A stretch of DNA of 63,041 bases, the filler included, from Asterionella formosa (taxonomy: Eukaryota), in NCBI GenBank assembly GCA_002256025.1. It is 20 parts of 20 records of this genome, joined end to end, with 100 filler letters (N's around TTAATTAATTAA, not from the genome) between each part and the next. Parts side by side here need not be neighbours in the genome. Positions count along the whole stretch, not along the records: positions 1 to 1,742 come from NKIB01001302.1; positions 1,843 to 3,584 come from NKIB01001303.1; positions 3,685 to 5,426 come from NKIB01001304.1; positions 5,527 to 7,267 come from NKIB01001305.1; positions 7,368 to 9,108 come from NKIB01001306.1; positions 9,209 to 10,949 come from NKIB01001307.1; positions 11,050 to 39,144 come from NKIB01001308.1; 13 more parts are not named here. One strand, written 5' to 3'. Below are positions 1 through 12,258 of the stretch, piece after piece. The number at the start of each line of letters is the position of its first letter. Position 1 is the stretch's first letter. Made by a program: the position numbers and the translations under genes. Below the pieces are notes generated by a model, which saw only the letters and a list, made by a program, of their open reading frames with translations, was not told where the DNA came from and did not search any database.

Positions 1-169
1 TTAAGTAATTATTATTTAGGGGCAATATGGGGCAAATCGAGTTTTTCGGCATTAAAATTGCCGATTTTTAGCATGACAACCAGAATAACGGTTATATGCA
101 TGGAGATGGTACAACAAGCGTAAAACACACAAGAATGATTGTAACAACATGCAACATCAATGAAAATTA

Positions 170-610
170 AACATGATTTTTGGAGCAACCAAAGTATGAA
201 ATGCGATGTAATAAGTTGCATCAAATAAGAAATAGAAAAAATTGTTTTGGGTTAGAAATGAAGTGAAAAATAGGAGTTTCAATGGAGACATATGCATTGT
301 GACATTGTAGTACTTACACAGGCAATTGAATTTCCATCACCACACAATCAAAGACCGAAATAAGTAGAAAATAGCTGAATCCAATTTAGACCTGCATCGT
401 TATGTAGCATAGATGATCTGGTTGCTGCAACCATTCACATCGCTGTAGTAGCCTGACCCAAGTTGCTTGCAGTCCTTCCGCCCACAGTCGCTCCTCCCAC
501 CAAACAACCCTGATCATCATTCCATTCCAATCCATTCTGATTGAGTATGATTGCCAGGCTACTCCAGCACTATCAACTCCCTCTAGCTGAGTGTTGTAAC
601 GTAGCTTGTG
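170..610 (+). repeat. Dispersed repeat family E, copy 1
   Basis: Colinear with 3693-4133 (e.g. TTTGGAGCAACCAAAGTATGAAATGCGATGTAATAAG ... CTAGCTGAGT) with scattered substitutions and indels. Confidence 0.9.
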
Positions 611-859
611 GATTGATTTGTTACTATTTTCAAATGAAAATTAAGAACTTCTTCGAACTTGACAAGAAACTTGCCTCAATTTTTATGTCTTGCACTGCTG
701 CCCTAGTATCTACCTGTAAGTTTTATGTAAAAGGACAGATTAATTGCTTTCTCTTTACGACATACCTGCTATTAGTAACATTCAACTAGAGGTGTAATGT
801 ACATATTATTTTGTAAATATAAAGACCAGAAACTAAGAGCATTAACAGTTTCCTAATCC

Positions 860-890
860 GCTGCACGCCAATGCGGTGCAGCCCAGCTAA
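860..890 (+). mobile_element. Possible Helitron 3' terminus
   Basis: GC-rich hairpin GCTGCACGC-CAAT-GCGGTGCAGC (860-882) followed 4 nt later by CTAA|T, matching CTRR|T. Confidence 0.4.
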
Positions 891-1100
891 TAGCGTTAAG
901 TTTAGCTAGCCTTTCATGATCCATTCTCATCACAGATGCATTTTGGAAATTCCAATCTTCGTTCTATTGAATTGCTGCCTTAAATCATTTTTAAATCGTA
1001 ACAGACAAATTTGACGATTCTGGTTGCGAACCGGATTTTTATTATATCCTAAATCGCATCTACCGGTAATCTTTTAGATATCCCTTGAATGAAACTTCCG

Positions 1101-1655
1101 CTATGTAAAGGAACCCTCGCTGCCCAGCTCGCCCATCGCCTTCTTGACCAACGTTTTAGTTTGGACCATCATATCTATGAAGGCCCAAAGTTGTAGTTCT
1201 GTTACACTCTTTTCTCTCGGTACATAGACCGCCTCATCAATATCCGCATTGCTTGAAATATCGACAAGCCCTTGTTCTTTATATTGCTTGGCTGCCGCCA
1301 TTCTTGCTTCGTTTTGAACTCTCTCCCCAGCAGTCATCAGGACGGAATCAAAGAGTTCAGTAAAGCGTCTAGGGTATCCGTTGGGTTTCGCGAGCTCCTC
1401 TGCAAAGAGCGTCGAAACTTTCTTCCGACGGGATTCATCGTCGTTTTCCAGTGACAGTGCCATGACGAGCTGGTCCATTTCCTGAACTTCTTCAATCGTA
1501 AAATCATGACTGGAGCTCATACAAAATGATGATTCCATTCGATGTGATGGATTTTTCCGAACAGCAAAGGGCGCATCCAGGTTGAAAGCAACTGTTTTGG
1601 ATGAGAACACTATCAACATTGAACTCAACAAGGCTAATGTCGACATGATCATCAA
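1101..1655 (-). CDS. Hypothetical protein, probably plastid-targeted
   Basis: 184-aa ORF; hydrophobic signal peptide ending TVA-F (ASAFAP-like), Ser-rich transit region, helical C-terminus. Confidence 0.7.
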   Translation of the reverse strand: MMIMSTLALLSSMLIVFSSKTVAFNLDAPFAVRKNPSHRMESSFCMSSSHDFTIEEVQEMDQLVMALSLENDDESRRKKVSTLFAEELAKPNGYPRRFTELFDSVLMTAGERVQNEARMAAAKQYKEQGLVDISSNADIDEAVYVPREKSVTELQLWAFIDMMVQTKTLVKKAMGELGSEGSFT

Positions 1656-1742
1656 TCAGCTGATGTAAATGGAGATGGTTTTGTTTAGATTTAGTACCGT
1701 AATAAGCAATTGCGTCGGCGAATTGGTTTGTATGCCGGTATA

Positions 1743-1842
1743 NNNNNNNNNNNNNNNNNNNNNNNNNNNNNNNNNNNNNNNNNNNNTTAATTAATTAANN
1801 NNNNNNNNNNNNNNNNNNNNNNNNNNNNNNNNNNNNNNNNNN
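1743..1842. other. Artificial contig-joining spacer (first of 19)
   Basis: 100-bp N44-TTAATTAATTAA-N44 blocks, also at 3585, 5427, 7268, 9109, 10950, 39145, 40985, 42825, 44665, 46505, 48345, 50184, 52022, 53859, 55696, 57533, 59369 and 61206; the 12-mer gives stops in all six frames. Confidence 0.99.
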
Positions 1843-3354
1843 CATTGGATTGGGATAAGCAGGCCTTGAGAATCTTGACTGGTCACCTTTTAAATATTTA
1901 TCCCTCAAAAGTGCTTGTTTTTGATCATCACAACGGCCATTGCAATGGCCATCACTTACCTTCTCTTATCTTTGCTCCTTAATGTGATCTTGTGGATTGC
2001 TTGTTCACTGCTGGTTCAAAAATTGTAACTATGAGATGATGGTTCCTCGAGGGCGCTCATTCCAATTTAGTTTTTAGTGATTTTAACATTGGTTGTCAAG
2101 GCAACGCAAAGCAAACATTTTGAAATTACAAAGCAAAATGCACAGGACATTTGGTCTGAGAAGGAGGAATGAACCATGAAAAGTTTGATGAACCTCAAAA
2201 CTGCCAAGGAAGATAGTTAATGCTATAATATAATTAATAACATACATTAGTAAGTGGAAAGGATTAATAATTTCAATTATATAGCAGCATTATGAATCAT
2301 AGGTGGTTGAGAACAAGTATGTTCATTGCTTTGGTCCATCTTTCTTTGTCTACTTCGCAACAATTATATTAAAGTATGTATGGCCATTAGTGGAGACCAA
2401 TATGCAATGCATTCAAGATTTAGTTGCCTTTCTTTTTTCCTTCCTCGTCCAAAGATGTTTACAAACAGAAATTATAGTGGTACATCAAATATGTTGAGCC
2501 CACTCAATTTCAGAAATGAATTTGCGTGGGTACATGTTCCTGTTTCAACAAACAATAAAGGAGGACCAACATTCTCATAACATCAATCTTGTATCCTTGA
2601 TTGATGCAAGGCATTCTCTTGTCACCACGAAAATCAATCCTCTCAATTCCAAGACTCTCTTATCAATTGCATCATTTTAAATTACTTCGAAATGGATCAA
2701 ATCCTTCTTGTACTTTTCGTTGAAACCTGTAGATATCTTTCTCCTTTCAATTTTTTGGTTGAAACTTGTAGACAGAATTCACCACAGCAAGCTTTTGGCA
2801 ATTCTGACAAATCGCCTCTTCATGTTCAGACATGGGCATTGGATTTATGCTGACGGACAAGGATTACCTTCAGTGCCTTGCTTGTTAGTATTGTTACCAT
2901 TCGTCGTGTTTCTTTCTATTCGTTCTCCCTTCGTCACTGAAAATCAATTGCAAGTTTCCAACAAGCTCATGGAACATGGAACGAATGGTACTACGTGTCA
3001 CCAAGAACATCTGAGACTCAATGAAGATCAAACAATGACAAACAGAGGTATCATCATGGTGAGTGTAGCAATCAAGTGTGAGGCTGTGGCTCCTCAGTGC
3101 ATGTGGCATGTATTTGTCAAGAGATTCATGATGGTTTATTATTTACAAGTGGTATGTTCATTCATATATTTAATGAAGAGGAAATGAATGACATCAACTA
3201 GGATGACTCTACTTTTATGTATTCAAAACAAATATTGGGTTGTGCTAAATTTTACAAATGTAGAACCAGCTACTGGTACAATGGGCCGGTGTGTACCTGA
3301 TGTACTTTGGGGGGGGCACCAAGCCATAATTCGGATCGAAGTTCTGTATCCTAG

Positions 3355-3413
3355 TACCGGTAGGTACATGGTATGGTATGGTATGGTATGGTATGGTACC
3401 AGGTACCAGGTAC
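3355..3413. repeat. (TGGTA)n microsatellite merging into a TACCAGGTA array
   Basis: TACCGGTAGGTACA-(TGGTA)6-CCAGGTACCAGGTAC read directly. Confidence 0.9.
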
Positions 3414-3692
3414 AACAGGGGTCCTATCGTGAGAGACCACGTATGTACCACAGTCAAGTCCTTGCCTTTTTGCTTGGTGACGCTGGTTCCTAAGATACCA
3501 GTACGATAGTTGACAATTGCCCATTCACACATGATACTTACGTAATTTGCATCGAAGTGCATAAACACAGATTCCATCAAGACANNNNNNNNNNNNNNNN
3601 NNNNNNNNNNNNNNNNNNNNNNNNNNNNTTAATTAATTAANNNNNNNNNNNNNNNNNNNNNNNNNNNNNNNNNNNNNNNNNNNNGAAAATTG

Positions 3693-4133
3693 AACATGAT
3701 GTTTGGAGCAACCAAAGTATGAAATGCGATGTAATAAGTAGCATCAAATGAGAAATAGAAAAAATTGTTTTGGGTTAGAAATGAAATAAAAAATAAGAGT
3801 TCCAATGGAGACGTATGCATTGTGAATCATTGTAGTACTTACACACCAGGCAACATTCACTTTCCATCACCACACAATCGAAGACCAAAATAAGAAGGGA
3901 AAAGCTGAACCCAATCTTGACCTACATCGTCATGTAGCGTAAATGGTCTGGTTTCTGCAACAATGCGCATCGCTGTAGCAGCCTGACACCAGTAGCAGTA
4001 TTTCCGCCACAGTCATTCCTCTCCGCTGCCCACCAAACAAGCAACCCTGATCATTCCATTCTGAGCAAGCTTGATCGCCACGCTGCTCCAGAACTATTGA
4101 CTCTCTCTAGCTGAGTATTCGTCATGTAGCTTC
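3693..4133 (+). repeat. Dispersed repeat family E, copy 2
   Basis: Homologous to 170-610. Confidence 0.9.
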
Positions 4134-5003
4134 TGATACGAACTCGTAGTAGAAATGTAGCAAAGCGCGTTAGTACAAGAAAAGCATTGTTTGGCGGCAA
4201 TATTGACATCATTGTCAACGACTATTCAAATCAACAAATACGATCAACAACGGCACAATACCACATCTTCAATGAGTGGTCATTGATAAATGCATTGGTT
4301 CTCATGTAGATATGTACAATCGAAACAAAACGACATAGCGTAACGACAAACAACGATGGAAGCGATCAAAACAAACCACGGAAGCAATCAAATCGGAAAG
4401 TCGATAAATACGACCTACAATCCACATTCAGTATTTCACTGTTGTACTCACCGATCCGCTTCAACTAGCATAACAAGCAGCAGACGATGGGATCAAAGAA
4501 AGACGAACGTTGCCTATTGCAAGCCCGAATAGAGGAAAGGCAGGCAAGATAGAGTGAGAACTATATTTGTGAGGACGAAATCGGGCATACGGTATGTAAA
4601 ATCAATGAATATGTGAACGATATAATTCAACATTTCAGGTCTCGTAAAAATAATACCTAGTCTACAGAGATAATATTATAACGTGTTCAAAGTAAGCGTT
4701 AAAGCATGCATGGTTGTTTTTAGTACCACGTACGTATGTAGACTAGATGACTGCCGGTACCGGTAGAATATCCGTTAAGCATCATTACATACATGACCGG
4801 AGCAAAAACTTGCCACCAACATCAGATGTATCGATATCATCATGCGTCCGACGAAATATGGACGATGCGACTACATGAATACCTCGAGAAGACAAGCAAT
4901 CCAACAATCAACCGCATCCGTTAGGCAAAGAATCGCTACTGGCGTCATCGTGGAACTGATTTCGCTTCAAACCGGTCATGATGGACGACGATTGGCATGG
5001 TGA

Positions 5004-5425
5004 TGTTAAAGTATTACCTTTTTGTATAGATCTATATCGTTAGACAAAGAAGACTATAGATAGAGACGTTCGTTTCTCTTTCCGTTTCTATATTCTTATT
5101 GTGAGTTTACTAATCTAGTTTAGGTTGTTCTGTTTGAACAAAACAAACGAACTATTCTCCAAATGCTGTTTGCATTTCTAGGAACATACAATCATAGATA
5201 GACCCATGTCTATCTCACACTTACTGATCATAGGTATTTAACCATGATCATTCATTTCAAACTATCGGTCTTCCGAAATAGCTTATGTTGTCCGGCTCAT
5301 TATAGTCGGAGTAGCAAAGTATAATGTGTGGTTGATGAGAGCTTGGTACATCAAAGTGGACTCATTCGAATCGTTTGACTCGTTTGACTCCGAGTCCTAA
5401 CTACGTAGATGAGCTCACTTTAACA
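5004..5425. mobile_element. LTR family A copy at contig end
   Basis: About 420 bp with termini TGTTAAAGT...ACTTTAACA (9-bp inverted ends, TG..CA); near-identical to 11247-11667. Confidence 0.88.
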
Positions 5426-6521
5426 CNNNNNNNNNNNNNNNNNNNNNNNNNNNNNNNNNNNNNNNNNNNNTTAATTAATTAANNNNNNNNNNNNNNNNNN
5501 NNNNNNNNNNNNNNNNNNNNNNNNNNCCGCGTCTGATGAAGCAATAATCGCGCATCAGGATCGTTTGTTGCTCCTCGCTCCCAACCGCCTGGTACTGTAT
5601 CAGGTACAATATCCCCACGTCCAGTCGTCCCCAACCTCCCTCCCAACCAGCAGGCAGCCCATCTCGCCCTTTGCTGGCGTTGCTTCCCTTGTTCCTTTTC
5701 TCCCTTCTCCCATGCTCCTATCTCCCCTCCTTGTAGATCTGGTACTGCGAACCCAAATATTTTATGGAATACTGGTAGATGGTGTAAAATGGTTAGTACA
5801 TCTCCATTATGTATGATGATGGATCAAGCATAATAGCTGATGTAGTGAAGGGATAATTTGAGTTGAGTCACAAAAGTGACTTTAACTATGATTACGCTCC
5901 AACTATGTGTTATAGCTAGTAAATGTGGCTTCCAAGGCCCACAGAATTACTTTGGAAGAGACTACCTCATTGAAGTAGAGTGAAAAAGATCAAAATGGAT
6001 CTTCGGATGGAGCTTATTCTACTAGCTAGTAGTGGAGATCAAAGAATGTTCCATGTCCTTTCCAAAAAAAATGCCTCTTTTGCAGCAAGGACGCCCAAAT
6101 CAGTATGGAATCCACATTGACGTCAATAAGCAACTTGGCCAGATGGATGGATGAGCTGAAAGGTTCGGCCAGCCAGAAAATATACAATCAGCTCGGGAAT
6201 CTATCTCAGCCCGGAAACAGCTGGCAAAATCGTCATTTTCAAGTGGATGAGGGGCTTTTGAGATACCGGTATTCCGGTCACCAGTTGTAATGGCACCTTG
6301 TTGAAGGGACTGACCAAAATGTGCCGAAGCCAGATGTTGTCGGTTTGTGGGGGGGGGGGGGACGGGTGGTGTAGGTGAGGGGGTTAAAGGGTATTTATAT
6401 TTGATTCATTGTTCCTTTTGACAGCAGAAACTTGTCTTGGTATTGAGGATGCTGTGGTTTGGTTACCCCTCCTGACTGGAATGATCACGAGCTTGATACA
6501 TCATATCACGCTGTTCTCCAA

Positions 6522-6818
6522 TTATTTGGTTCCAAATGGTGTCAGGGGATGAGATATGATATATAGCTCTTCACTTGGATTGTTACCCTGGTTCTGTCTG
6601 TCATATGAGCGGTAGTTCTTCCGGCTACATTCACCACAGCTAGCTATTGCGCCCCGCAAAGCGTCTGCCATTATGTCCATAGTTTTGGGCACCATTACCT
6701 GATTGCGTGTCTTGATATACATATCCAATGTTTTGTCCACTATTGCTACCGCATTGAAAATATCGCTAGGGTTGTAAAAACGGCGTGGAACAGGGAGTTT
6801 CCTATTATGAATTCCCAT
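6522..6818 (-). CDS. Possible hypothetical ORF or exon
   Basis: 98-aa ATG ORF with protein-like composition; no recognised motif. Confidence 0.2.
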   Translation of the reverse strand: MGIHNRKLPVPRRFYNPSDIFNAVAIVDKTLDMYIKTRNQVMVPKTMDIMADALRGAIASCGECSRKNYRSYDRQNQGNNPSEELYIISHPLTPFGTK

Positions 6819-7367
6819 GATTCAAGTGTCCATTTGAATATTTGAATTAAATAGGCATCGGGGTCAGATTGATAGAGTAACATTCAAAAACAATGATATT
6901 TAAACGTTTATACTTTTTCTACGTTGCTGAATGAAGACATAATTTCTCTCAATGCCAAAACACATATATAAATTAGGAGCATGCCAACATGTATGCTCAT
7001 GGCTTGATGGTCCTTTTTTTGACAATTTTTTGGATAGTTATGATTCTAAGAGGGATAACTGCAACTTCTCTCCAGAAATGAGGTCCTTACCATCTGAATA
7101 TAGATCATACCCCTAAGTCGAGGAATGACTGTATCTAAGCATATGCAAAGTAGTCGTATTGATGAAAGCTAATTTTACCTTCAACTATTTTATTTCGTTG
7201 CAGGTACTGTGTGGATTGAAGTACAGAATAACATTATTTTGGAAAAAACAGACCTCGTGATGTGTAANNNNNNNNNNNNNNNNNNNNNNNNNNNNNNNNN
7301 NNNNNNNNNNNTTAATTAATTAANNNNNNNNNNNNNNNNNNNNNNNNNNNNNNNNNNNNNNNNNNNN

Positions 7368-9108
7368 CTACTACTGAGTATCTCATCAATCATATCAAGA
7401 AAGTGTTCGACTATGGCAACGACATAGGAACCGCGCTCGAGTTATTAGAACCAATGAGCACATTGGCATGGAAGCCAAGAATGCAAGTGAGCATGGCAAC
7501 AACAGAAGAAGATCGCGCTGCAGAGAATCGACAATATGAGATTGAGTTCAAGGCTGACTATGACACCTACAGTAAAAGGGTACAGGCCTACGAAAATAAT
7601 AATACCAAGGCATATACATTGCTCTGGGAAAGATGCAACAAAGCCATGAAGAACAAGATTGAAGCAAGATCCGATTACAGTAGGATCAAAAATAACCCAA
7701 TGACATTGCTTATGGCAATTAAAGAACATGCACTAAATTTTCAAGAGAATCGATATTCAATGTCGATCATTTTAGATGCAATGAGAACGATTTTGTTCAC
7801 AAAGCAAAAAGAAGGAGAAAGTCTACAAGACTACACCAAGAGATTTCGTGTGGCACGAGATGTGCTCAAGTCACACATGGGAGGACCCATTATCCTCACC
7901 AAGTTCGTTGAAGCCATAGATGGATACAATGAGAATGACATCAAACAACGAGATAAATTTCGCGAACAAGCTTTCAGTCAATTTATGGCATATTTATATC
8001 TCGATAATGCCAATAAAGCTAAATACGGTTCAATTATGACTGGGCTGAACACTCAACAATCACTCGGCAACGATCAATACCCGAAGACCATCACCGAATC
8101 AAATAATGTTCTCAGCAACCATCGGTTTGATGTAACAAATAAATCCAACTACAAGAAACCAGGAGATAATGATAAAGAGAGGAAACAAAAGGATGCAGGC
8201 AAGGAAGATGAAGATGTGAACTTATCGTTTGCACAGTTAGAAGGAAAATGTTACTGCTGCGGAAAAGCAGGTCACAAATCTCCTTCGTGCCGAGACAAGA
8301 ATAAACCCAAAGAGGAATGGGCTATCAACAAGGCCCAAAGCCATGCACAGGCACAGGCTAATACATCTGACACGAGTACAGTTACCTCTGTTAATTCCAA
8401 CAACCCGCCGTCATCACAAGCTTCACAACAAGCAAATGCCAATCAATTTGGATGGACGGGAGCTCATATGAAACTACAATTTTACCAAGCCTCTGAGATG
8501 CGTGACTGGATACTATTGGATAATCAATCAAGTGTCACAGTCTTTTGCAATCCAAAAATGGTTAATAACATTCGAATGTCAACCAACGGAAGCATGCACC
8601 TGGCCACAAATGGTGGATCCATGGTAACTAATATGAAGGCTGATCTTCCAGAATGGGGAGAATTATGGTTTAATGAAAAGGCTATCACAAACATCTTCAG
8701 TTATGCCGAAATGGCAGATAGGTACAGAATTACCTACAACTCTGAGAAAGAAGATGCATTCATTGTTCATTTGCCAGACAAAACAGTTGGATTTGAAAGA
8801 ATTGGGATGAACTTATATGTTTTCAAGCCAACTATAAGAATTAGAGCGGAGAATGCTCAAATGTTAAATACACTTGAAGAAAACAAAACATTTTACACTG
8901 AACGTCAATTTCAGAGAGCTAAGCGAGCTCATGATCTATTTCATGCCTTGGGTACACCATCAATTAACGATTTCAAGGCAATAATTCATATGAATACGAT
9001 CAACAATAATCCAGTGACTACCGATGATATCAAAATTGCAGAGAAAATTTTTGGACCTGACATCGGAACACTAAAAGGCAAGACAACTCGTCGCAAGCCG
9101 CTGCCAGT
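7368..9108 (+). mobile_element. Ty1/Copia (CoDi-like) gag-protease fragment, open frame truncated by both contig ends
   Basis: Gag core (QKEGESLQDYTKRF), CCHC knuckle CYCCGKAGHKSPSC, aspartic protease motif ILLDNQS, pre-integrase-like HALGTPS. Confidence 0.92.
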
Positions 9109-9237
9109 NNNNNNNNNNNNNNNNNNNNNNNNNNNNNNNNNNNNNNNNNNNNTTAATTAATTAANNNNNNNNNNNNNNNNNNNNNNNNNNNNNNNNNNNN
9201 NNNNNNNNTATATCATATCGTCACTGCATGGCTCTGA

Positions 9238-10563
9238 ATGACTGACTCACACTGGATTTCTCCATTGAAACCACGAACACCTCGCTCTCAACAGACAGAA
9301 GCATCGAGAACGAGTGAATCGACGCCAGCCCCGAACAAGAAGAAGGTTATGCGAAGGAGGACAACGTACAATCGTTGCTATTTTGGCGTCTTGGCTGTAG
9401 TAATTTCAGCTATTCCAGTCATGGTGTTCTCCTTCCTCTCTGGTGCAAAGCCCACCACAGCTGTAGCTAGTTCAGCGCTTCAAGTAAATATGGAGGCAAG
9501 ACTCAGGGGTTCCCTATGGGGATTCTTCGCAGGAGATGCTCTTGCTGCGCCCACTCATTGGTACTATGGTGGGGCTGCCCAAGTCAGGCGAGATTATGGC
9601 AGCAGTGGGATCACTGATTATGTCAAGCCAAAGACGAATCTAGAAGGCTCCATTCTGAATAAATCAAATATCAACGGAGGAGGTCGTGGCAGCTTTAGCA
9701 AGACTTCAGAGGGAATCTCCATTATTGGTGACGTTATCAATCATGGAAAACGAGACTATTGGGATCCCTCAAAACAGATACATTATCATGCGACTCTACA
9801 AAAGGGGGAAAACACTTTAGAAGCACAATTGGCGCGAGTATTGATGAAATCAATTGTCGCCTGCGGGGGCGAATTTGACGCTGACCACTTCCGAGAGGCA
9901 TATATTGCATTCATGACTACTCCAGGCTCCCACAATGATACTTATGCATCTACGTGCCATCGAATGTTCTTCGCGAATCTGAAGCTCCGAAAGTTAGACC
10001 CCAAGGACTGCCCTGACAATGATATGCACAATGTTGATACTATTGATGGACTTGTTTTACCAACAATTAGTGCATTGGCAATGACAGCTCAAGGACAATC
10101 TGACCAAAAGATTGCTCAAGTGGCTGCACAGACTGCTGCTGTGACTAGACGATCTGATACGCTAGAAAAGATGTCTAGACTTTGGTCACAAATTGTCAGT
10201 GCATCCCTCAGGGACGAATCCGAAGAGGCGCTGATGGAAGACTTAACATCTACTTCTAAACAACTAGGACTTCGTCGGCCTAATGGTCGTGGATCTGATG
10301 AAATGACTGCATGCTATATTTCACAGTCCTTTCCACCAACAATCAATATGATTGCAAAGTACCATGACAGGTGCTGGGATGGTTTGTTGGCCAATGCCAA
10401 CATTGGAGGTGAAAATGTTCATCGTGGGTCCATTTTGGGTGCTGTGCTGGGAGCTAGAGCTGGCCTTCCCAACCTACCACAGATGTTGTCAGAAGGGCTG
10501 CATGATAAAATATTACTTGAACAAGAAATTGATGCCTTTGTAAAGGCTGTAATGAAGAAGTAG
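9238..10563 (+). CDS. ADP-ribosylglycohydrolase-family protein (SelJ/crystallin-J1-like subgroup); true start may be a downstream Met
   Basis: RLRGSLWGFFAGDALAAPTHWYY near the N-terminus and ANANIGGENVHRGSILGAVLGA near the C-terminus; intact 441-aa ORF. Confidence 0.85.
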   Translation: MTDSHWISPLKPRTPRSQQTEASRTSESTPAPNKKKVMRRRTTYNRCYFGVLAVVISAIPVMVFSFLSGAKPTTAVASSALQVNMEARLRGSLWGFFAGDALAAPTHWYYGGAAQVRRDYGSSGITDYVKPKTNLEGSILNKSNINGGGRGSFSKTSEGISIIGDVINHGKRDYWDPSKQIHYHATLQKGENTLEAQLARVLMKSIVACGGEFDADHFREAYIAFMTTPGSHNDTYASTCHRMFFANLKLRKLDPKDCPDNDMHNVDTIDGLVLPTISALAMTAQGQSDQKIAQVAAQTAAVTRRSDTLEKMSRLWSQIVSASLRDESEEALMEDLTSTSKQLGLRRPNGRGSDEMTACYISQSFPPTINMIAKYHDRCWDGLLANANIGGENVHRGSILGAVLGARAGLPNLPQMLSEGLHDKILLEQEIDAFVKAVMKK

Positions 10564-11246
10564 TGGGTGCACTCTGATAATGAAAAATTATAATATTATG
10601 TGTGTAACAACACAAATCATAGTACCCATAACCCCAAAATTTGTGTTTGTGTTGACCAAATGTGGTAAACCTGGTAAGAACCTAAATAACAGTACAATAT
10701 ATAAGAAGATGTTTAGGCATGAATGACTATATACAACTTCCTGGAATATTTCAACACTTGCTTGCTCATCCTCAAAATGGGCAGCTCTTGCCAGAATAGA
10801 TATGCATATACATATGCATATCATTACATATCAATCAACCTCCTCAATAAATTAATCATCATTGCTTTTAGATTTCGACCATGTCTTCATCTTCTTCTGG
10901 TCAAAGGAGATCAGCCAGGGAGGGCTTCCCTTCCTCTCCAAGGCTGCTTNNNNNNNNNNNNNNNNNNNNNNNNNNNNNNNNNNNNNNNNNNNNTTAATTA
11001 ATTAANNNNNNNNNNNNNNNNNNNNNNNNNNNNNNNNNNNNNNNNNNNNTAGACTACGGAGAAAACGGTGGTGAAGTTGGTTTGCTCGCAGTGTTGGATT
11101 ATCAAAAAAGGTCCGATGTCTTGTACTCCCCTCTAAGTAAAATCAGTCGTGGCTGTGTACATTGAGGGGTACGAGAGACCAGGTTTTACGGTACCTACCG
11201 GTAATCAAAAGATGTAACCGCACATAAAATAATTACAGTAGACTAC

Positions 11247-11667
11247 TGTTAAAGTATTACCTTTTGTATAGATCTATATCGTTAGACAAAGAAGACTATA
11301 GATAGAGACGTTCGTTTCTCTTTCCGTTTCTATATTCTTATTGTGAGTTTACTAATCTAGTTTAGGTTGTTCTGTTTGAACAAAACAAACGAACTATTCT
11401 CCAAATGCTGTTTGCATTTCTAGGAACATACAATCATAGATAGACCCATGTCTATCTCACACTTACTGATCATAGGTATTTAACCATGATCATTCATTTC
11501 AAACTATCGGTCTTCCGAAATAGCTTATATTGTCCGGCTCATAATAGTCGGAGTAACAAAGTATAATGTGTGGTTGATGAGAGCTTGGTACATCAAAGTT
11601 GACTCATTCGAATCGTTTGACTCGTTTGACTCCGAGTCCTAACTACGTAGATGAGCTCACTTTAACA
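11247..11667. mobile_element. Solo LTR, family A, with 6-bp TSD GACTAC
   Basis: GACTAC at 11241-11246 and 11668-11673 flanks TGTTAAAGT...ACTTTAACA; second copy at 5004-5425. Confidence 0.92.
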
Positions 11668-12258
11668 GACTACCAGGTACCGGTGGTCAACTAGACCTAA
11701 TAATACCAGGCTTTCCACAGCATGCTCTGTTAGCTCAGACTCCTTGCTTGCAGATTTGGCTTCATGTATATTGTTTGCTTTCATTTTTGGTTGGTCTCCA
11801 TTGCTTTTCATATACTCTTGAGTCTTGGTATGATCCATTGCATGATATTCCATCATGTCTTGATTACTGTAATAGTTTTGTTCTTTCAATATCATCGCCA
11901 ATGCGAAATCTCCTTGGATTGTCTCCTGTGGCTCCTTTCCATTCCTGTAGTATAGTGTCATTTGTCTGGCTCCTTTGGCAAGCTTTAATTTGAACAGCGC
12001 TGTACTTGGAGAGAACGCAACTTCCACATTGTTGCATTCATAGTTTGATTTGTTAATTGACTGTATTTTCCAAGGTTTTCCTGTTTTTACTTCTTTTCCT
12101 TTCATAATCTTAGTAACAAGGTTGCATCGTGCCACCAATGATGCTGGTTGCTTTTTCTTATCGTCATGAATCGCTATGAGCGTTTGCTTTTCCCCCATGG
12201 CAATGGCGTCTTTCTCCGACGATTCCCCAAAGAAGGGAACCGGAGACCTTTGTAGCAT
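11662..12258 (-). CDS. Hypothetical ORF whose stop codon lies inside the solo LTR
   Basis: 198-aa ATG ORF, Lys-rich, no recognised motif. Confidence 0.4.
   Translation of the reverse strand: MLQRSPVPFFGESSEKDAIAMGEKQTLIAIHDDKKKQPASLVARCNLVTKIMKGKEVKTGKPWKIQSINKSNYECNNVEVAFSPSTALFKLKLAKGARQMTLYYRNGKEPQETIQGDFALAMILKEQNYYSNQDMMEYHAMDHTKTQEYMKSNGDQPKMKANNIHEAKSASKESELTEHAVESLVLLGLVDHRYLVVC

Noticed and set aside
1843..3190. Short ORFs that may be decayed transposase remnants (also 12300-13200, 21440-21900, 61550-61900)
   Set aside because: No motif I can recognise; a translated homology search would be needed
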